Source of the DNA: Paraspadella gotoi
Taxonomy: Eukaryota > Animalia > Chaetognatha
DNA length: 64,000 nucleotides
Assembly (NCBI GenBank): GCA_051294375.1
Contig: CM119263.1
Coordinates: 21,808,494 to 21,872,493 of the forward strand
Direction of reading: 5' to 3'
The notes under the pieces were generated by a model. It had not been told where the DNA came from, made no database searches, and saw only the letters and a list, made by a program, of their open reading frames with translations. The position numbers and the translations under genes are program-made. Shown piece by piece: positions 26,701-64,000 of this stretch; position 1 is the stretch's first letter; each line of letters opens with the position of its first letter.

Positions 26701-28392
26701 CGTTCCCCCTCTGAGCCGACGGTATTGGCTGAACAATGATGGACGTAAGATGGTATATCACCACAGGATCGCCTTCTGTCATTGGCGTGGTTACCCTAGG
26801 ACGGTCTCGCTTCTCTAACGCAGAGGGAAGTCGTTAAGACTGTAGATGGAAAGCAACGCTTGGGATGGTGCGTTCCCCCGCTGAACAATGATGGACGTAA
26901 GGCGGTGTGAATATACCGCCACAAGGTCTTCATGTTAGAAAATGCTCTCCCCGTTTTTCTGACCGAGAATTGGTTCTGACCAAATCACTAAACCAACTTC
27001 TATATGATTTACATATATATATATATATATTACCCCTGAGCAAAGATATAGGGCCCTTGGGGGTCACCTTACTGCCGAAATATGACCAAAAAATTTTTGT
27101 GTGTGATCAATTGCATTTAAATTGTATAAAAAACAATTTTAGAATTAATTTTCATAAATTTAATTGGAGTTTTATTCCTTTAAACTTGTTTTGATCTAAT
27201 TTTTGCTCTCCACATAAAAGCTGGCCTTATTTTGTCATAATAAAACATACATTTCTGAACAAGTAATTTTTTCTGCAACTGGTCCATATCTCGGGTCATA
27301 GGTCAAATTTCAAAAATCTCCTGGATAGTCCCATTTCTATTGCCCTAAAATTAGTTCATGCGAAATTTCACTAAAGTCAGTCTAGTAGATCGGAACGAAT
27401 TCTCGGTCGGAAAAACACGGGAGAGCATTTCCTAATATGAAGCCTTCTGTACTTGTCGATAATAATATACCACTAAAATTGATTACTATATAACAATTTT
27501 CTGGAAAGAAAATCGACAACCATGTGCTGATTAGTGAGAAAAAAAAATTCAATTCAGAAAAAAAAAAAAAATTAAAGAAAAACAAACAAAGAAATCCAAA
27601 CATTACAAAAACCGCGGCAAAACCGTTTCGTCGAGGTTGCAGAATCTCGTCGTGTCCATTTTTGTCCCCATTCTGCGTCGCTGATCTTTTTTGTCGAAGA
27701 TGTCGATCTGATGCCCGACGCAATTCGTCGGCGGAAATTCAAAGGAGAAGAAGAGGGCGTTCTTGCGGCGCCACTGGGGTAGGATGAATATTTGAATTTA
27801 ATTAAGCTAAATTAAAAAAAAAAAAAAGGAGTCGTGACAACTGAAATGTTTGATCGAAGATAGATTGGTTGTCGAAGATTGTCATAACGTAGAGAAAAAG
27901 ATAAGAAAAATGAAGAAATTTTAGGTCTAATAATCGAAAATACCAACGTTGCAGAATATGTAAGTTGTTTAACAAATAATTTTGAGAGAGAAAGACACAA
28001 AGCAAAGATTGGACATTTGATAATATAATTGTTGACTCCATTCGATTTGCGTCGCTAAAATACAAATTAAAATTATTTAACAAAGTTTGGGAATGTTTTC
28101 GTCAACGATTTTCATTTATTAATATACGGACATGTTTCGACTCTTCATTTCGAGTCTTCATCAGCGGTAAGCCGAAAGGATTAACACAATGGCTACCAAA
28201 TTAAAATTAAAAACTAAAAGATATTAACTTACACGTTTAACCATTTATCTCTTTAAGTTTACATACTTGAACTATCCCATTGCAACCGCTTTCGATTTCT
28301 CCCTGCTCAGAAATCAGTTCGAAAGGATAACTGTTGGTACCGAAGCACAACCAAAAGTCTTGCGTCACTTTCTTGCTATCGCCAGTTTCCAT
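23709..28392 (-). CDS. BTB/POZ (+BACK-like) protein, SPOP/TDPOZ-like, 4 exons, about 303 aa
   Basis: Exons 28267-28392 (METGDSKKVTQDFWLCFG...), 27624-27773 (WRRKNALFFSFEF...), 25127-25441 (...DLARLLESEDDADVELIVDGETLRAHRCVLRARSTYFAKMFDSGMSE...) and 23709-24029 (VILKFLYTG...ADEMGLADLKRLC...NACLFLRLAHLHGCADLKADCL...stop). All introns are phase 0 GT-AG. BTB exons are certain; exons 1-2 less so. Confidence 0.88.
24168..24731 (-). mobile_element. Non-autonomous DINE-1/Helentron-like element, copy B, in BTB gene intron 3
   Basis: (GTCC)n at 24168-24200, same core as copy A inverted, shared end TACCGATAATGATCGTGGGCAGATCCGA. Confidence 0.55.
26928..27443. mobile_element. MITE with ~55-bp imperfect terminal inverted repeats
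   Basis: CTTCATGTTAGAAAATGCTCTCCCCGTTTTTCTGACCGAGAATTGGTTC is matched by the reverse complement of 27389-27443. Confidence 0.7.
28124..28170 (-). ncRNA. Minimal type I hammerhead ribozyme, Penelope-like-element type
   Basis: Minus strand reads UACCG CUGAUGA A GACUC GAAAUGAA GAGUC GAAA CAUG UC/ CGUA: intact core, 5-bp stem II, palindromic stem III (ACAUGU), GUC cleavage triplet and a short bulged stem I. Confidence 0.8.
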
Positions 28393-29093
28393 CGCGCGTT
28401 ACTTTTTTACGTTAACCGTCGTCCGCAGATGTCGTTAGTTTCGAAATTTATCGTCAGCTTTTCGAAAATTCACCCGCGGGTTATGACTCAATGACTTAAA
28501 ACCACAACAACGACGACAACCCGCAGAAAGTTCGTTTCCACTCTTAAAACTCGGACTGGGGAATCCACTCACAGTCTAACACAGTCGGGCTAGAAATAAA
28601 GAGTTTTTGACAGATGAAGAGAGAGCCAGAGATCAATCGCAGTTCAGATGGTGAAAAAACTTTTCCAGTGAAAAGATTCGGACATAAAAATTTTATGGAG
28701 CCAAACCCACTATTATTATTCAAACCTTGGAGAAAGGTTTTTGAGGATTTCCATTAGAATTGTGAAAGCCAAAAGTCAAAAAATATGAATAGGTTATGAA
28801 AGTAGAATTAGGATTAATTTCCTAAACGTTCAACTTGTTCAATTCTTAAGCTTTAAACATAACAAACATCACTATACTTATTTCCTACTTTCCAAGTCCT
28901 CTTTTGAATATTCCCAACGACCGAGCGCTTCTGAGAGAGAGAGAACTTTCCTTTTTACCCAAAGGGATAAAAGTTTCAGCGACGGCGAATCAACTGCCCT
29001 CTCTTTCCAATCACATTAGCCGTCTCCAGGGTCCGTTGGAGACCCGTTCACTCGGCCCAATTACCGCCACCACTCGGTCTGTGACGTAATGAC

Positions 29094-29192
<99 letters not shown>

Positions 29193-29731
29193 AGGCGGGG
29201 GAGTGGTGAAGTTCACAAGAAGGCGTTGATTGATGATCTCGAAGACGGTGATAATCCCTTAAAAGGTGAAGGTGATTTATCAAAGATCGATCGGTGAAAA
29301 TCGGTGAAGATTGAAGATTTGGAGGATCCCCGATGGTAGAGACTTTACAAGGCGAGCGATGACTCAATATGGCGCAGTGGTGAGCCATCAAAGTTTGTGA
29401 CCACCATTAAGGGATGTTGATTAACACTCTAGGGCGAAGTTGACCTTCGAAGAGCGTGAATGAGAGTCTCTTGGGTCAATGTGACCACCCGAGGCTCGTT
29501 ACGAAGACTTGGATCACTCTGACCTCTCATCCGTACTTCGTGATCTTGTTTCCTATCCGTACAGACATGCCGGTGACAACCGTTTCCACTTTGCCTTTCA
29601 AATGAAAGTTTTATTCCATTAATGGTCCGAGGATTAGAAAGTAAAAAAAAGTTCATCATCCGTTGTTCAAGCTCTTTCTGCGAATGAACGTCCGATAACC
29701 TTCAGATAACGATAGTATTATTAATGATTTA

Positions 29732-29869
29732 TTGTTAATTGTTAGAATTAAGCGAAATTGTTTATTTTGTTTTATTTTCAATTTGTAAGTTAACAAAATA
29801 AACAATTTCGCTTAATTATAATTCCAAACGCAACGAAATGAAAAGTTCGAAATAACTTTGTTAATTGTT
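29732..29869. mobile_element. Short relic of the same family: 26-bp inverted repeat with a 12-bp TSD
   Basis: Arms 29746-29771 and 29792-29817. TTGTTAATTGTT at 29732-29743 and 29858-29869. Tail CAAACGCAACGAAATGAAAAGTT resembles the minus-strand tail of the 55.5 kb insertion (CAAAACGCAACGAAATTGATAGTT). Confidence 0.6.
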
Positions 29870-30163
29870 CAATTTATTGCTAAGTTAGCGCTTTAAATAA
29901 ATAATTATAAATTATCACTGGTTCCACCAAAAGAAAATCTAATTCCCTGAGTCGCTCAAACGGGCATCGACCCGAATCCCCAATGAGGATGACATCCGCC
30001 CGAACATCGACGACTCGTGACGACCCCTTCATCCGTTCATCCGTCCGTCTCCGTCCCTCTGTCCATCTCCGAACCGCCCCCCCCCCACCGCTTTTCTGTT
30101 CTGTGACCAGGGAGGAAGTCTATGGGAAGTCGTAAAGCAAATCGAGTGGATTGACTTTGGCCG

Positions 30164-30220
<57 letters not shown>

Positions 30221-31056
30221 GCAAAACTTAAAAGGCAAGGTTTTTGTTAGAAAAGGATGAAAGAAGGAAGGGAGGGAGAGGAGAGAGAGAGACAGAGAGA
30301 GTGAATAGACAGAGAGAAAGAGAAAGATATTTTACAGCAAAGGTACGAGTCATTCCGCAACGAAGTCTCTCGAATTGAGACCTCACGAAAACGTGAGCAA
30401 AACGAAAAACGGAAAATGAAAGTTTCTCTCGCGTCATCCAGATCAATTCCCAAGATTTTCACGCCTTTCAATCTCGTTTCCGGCAAAAATATCCGGCGAT
30501 TTCCCGCACTTTTAGGCGCTATCGGGTGTTATCTTTCCAAATATTTTCTGATACTTAATTGCCATTTTCAGAGAAATGGGTTTTCGACTTGTAAGTAGGA
30601 TATATCATGTCAAACATTGGACTTCTGTTATTCCAAATTTTAATACTCTTTAATTGATATTTATTTCTATGATGTTGATCAGTCTTTACAGTTGACTTCA
30701 TTATTTTCTGCCATCACATTTGCGAAGAGTGCCATCTTCAAAATTCGGTTTCTTCTCATCCTGTCATTCTACGTCTATCTTGTATCGCTCCATCTCTCAC
30801 CGCCGATTTTTTCCGGATTTAATCCTTCAACTTCTGCCATCTTCCGGATTTTTATTTTCTCGTCCCTCAGTCCTTCTATATTTCGCTATTTTTCCGGCAC
30901 CGAGAAAAAAAAACGTCTCTGTCAAATCGCTCATACTCGAAAATGCATCACGTTCCAACGCGATAAAAACTGCAAGAAAAAGCGCGTGCGAGTCGGGATA
31001 AGACGCCGCTGCCGCCGCCGTAGCCGCCGCCACCGCCACTACGCCGGCCGTTCCCT

Positions 31057-33282
<2,226 letters not shown>

Positions 33283-33633
33283 CTGGGAAAAAGAAAAAAA
33301 AGGAGAACGTCTTTTGTTCGTCGCGCGACCTACAATGATACAAACAAAGCGCCTTCTTTCGACTGGAGACCAAAGCTCGTCGAGGTTTTAATAAAGACGA
33401 AACGGATGGTTTTTTGTCGTCGTCAAAGAGAAAAATGATTTCATTGTACCGCCATCATTGTAAGTCTCCTGCCCTCAATCTGCAATGCAATGCAATGCCC
33501 CACGCTGGAAATGTAGATCACCTTCCTAATACAAAAAGCGAGGCTTTGAGCTTTTCAAGTTTTTTTCTTATAATTAACGACGTGTCTCATCGTCTTATGA
33601 TTCCGTTCCTTACTTTTTGTTGAAAGAGATACG

Positions 33634-33672
<39 letters not shown>

Positions 33673-34520
33673 TGAAACAGAGAGAGAGAGAGAGAGTCCA
33701 TTTTGTTCATCTTCTCTTGTCCTTCGGACGCGTCCATTATTTGTTCTTTCATCCATGCCTTCCTGATGCGTCCATCGCTCGTTTCAAGCGTCGCTGGATG
33801 CGTCCCTCTTTTTCTGGAGCTGAGTCAGATTATCCAATTTAAATGATTAAACAAATATCTTGAGAGTTCATTTCATACGTACATGTTATGTCTATTACGA
33901 TGTCCTTCAGTAATTTTTTTTCACGGCAGTTACCCATATGCTGAACTCATAAAATACCCAAGCTTCAGTCATTTCTTCTTTCACTAGTTGCCCGTCTTTC
34001 TGCTTTTCAATTGCAGTCCTTCCTCAGCATCGTTTTCTCTCCCATTCATCGTCCTTCTCCAGCATTCGCCATCTCCTCTTCCACCCGTCCTCCTTCCCCA
34101 GAATTCATCATCCATCTCTCCATCTTTTCCAAAGTATCGCTTCATTTTCCATTCGTGTCGATGTCTCGCTTCTCCGTCCATTTCCGCCCTACTTTTTACC
34201 CCCACAATGATCGGATTCGCTCTTCTCATCTTCTTCCACCTGATTTTTTTCTCTTTCCTTCATCTTCTTCTTTATTTTCTCGTTTCTCCATAAATCTGTC
34301 GCGTTTCTTGACTCTCGTTGTGATTTAAAATTTAGTAAAAATTACCAAAGACAAAGTTTTTCCTCGGCCCTCTCATTTCATATTTATTTTACACAAAACT
34401 ATTTATGGATAGTGGATAGATCATTTAGGTATTTTCATATATATATTCAGTTTTCAAAAAAAAATATTGTCAGTTGTGACATTATTTTCACATTTCACGA
34501 CCTTTCAATTTTCTCCAAAG

Positions 34521-64000
<29,480 letters not shown>

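Noticed and set aside
25635-26920. Related short repeats at 25635-25700, 26682-26760, 26786-26850 and 26852-26920
   Set aside because: Likely fragments of an unclassified interspersed repeat; no ORF or structure identified.

Overview
AT-rich animal (invertebrate-like) genomic DNA with (AG)n microsatellites, N-gaps and scattered indel errors typical of a noisy draft assembly. The right half (34.5-64 kb, + strand) holds about 29 exons of an ADGRV1/VLGR1/GPR98 adhesion-GPCR orthologue: Calx-beta repeats, a PAN/apple-like insert and EAR/EPTP repeats. The gene runs off the right edge, and I found none of its expected 5' exons in the first 34.5 kb. Antisense to it are a complete 4-exon SPOP-like BTB gene, a secreted coiled-coil protein gene with a 22-nt microexon, an intronless SLC35G/EamA transporter in an ADGRV1 intron, and two orphan candidates. 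Mobile DNA includes a decayed Ty3/Gypsy pol, DINE/Helentron-like elements and MITEs. The most interesting unannotated signal is a dispersed family of Penelope-type minimal hammerhead ribozyme insertions (28.1, 31.7, 55.6 and 56.3 kb, plus a ribozyme-less relic at 29.7 kb); two insertions are inverted repeats with 12-bp target-site duplications. ADGRV1 also carries an apparent lineage-specific loop with a furin-type RVKR site and 8-aa tandem repeats. Three large duplications sit next to or span gaps and are probably assembly artefacts.
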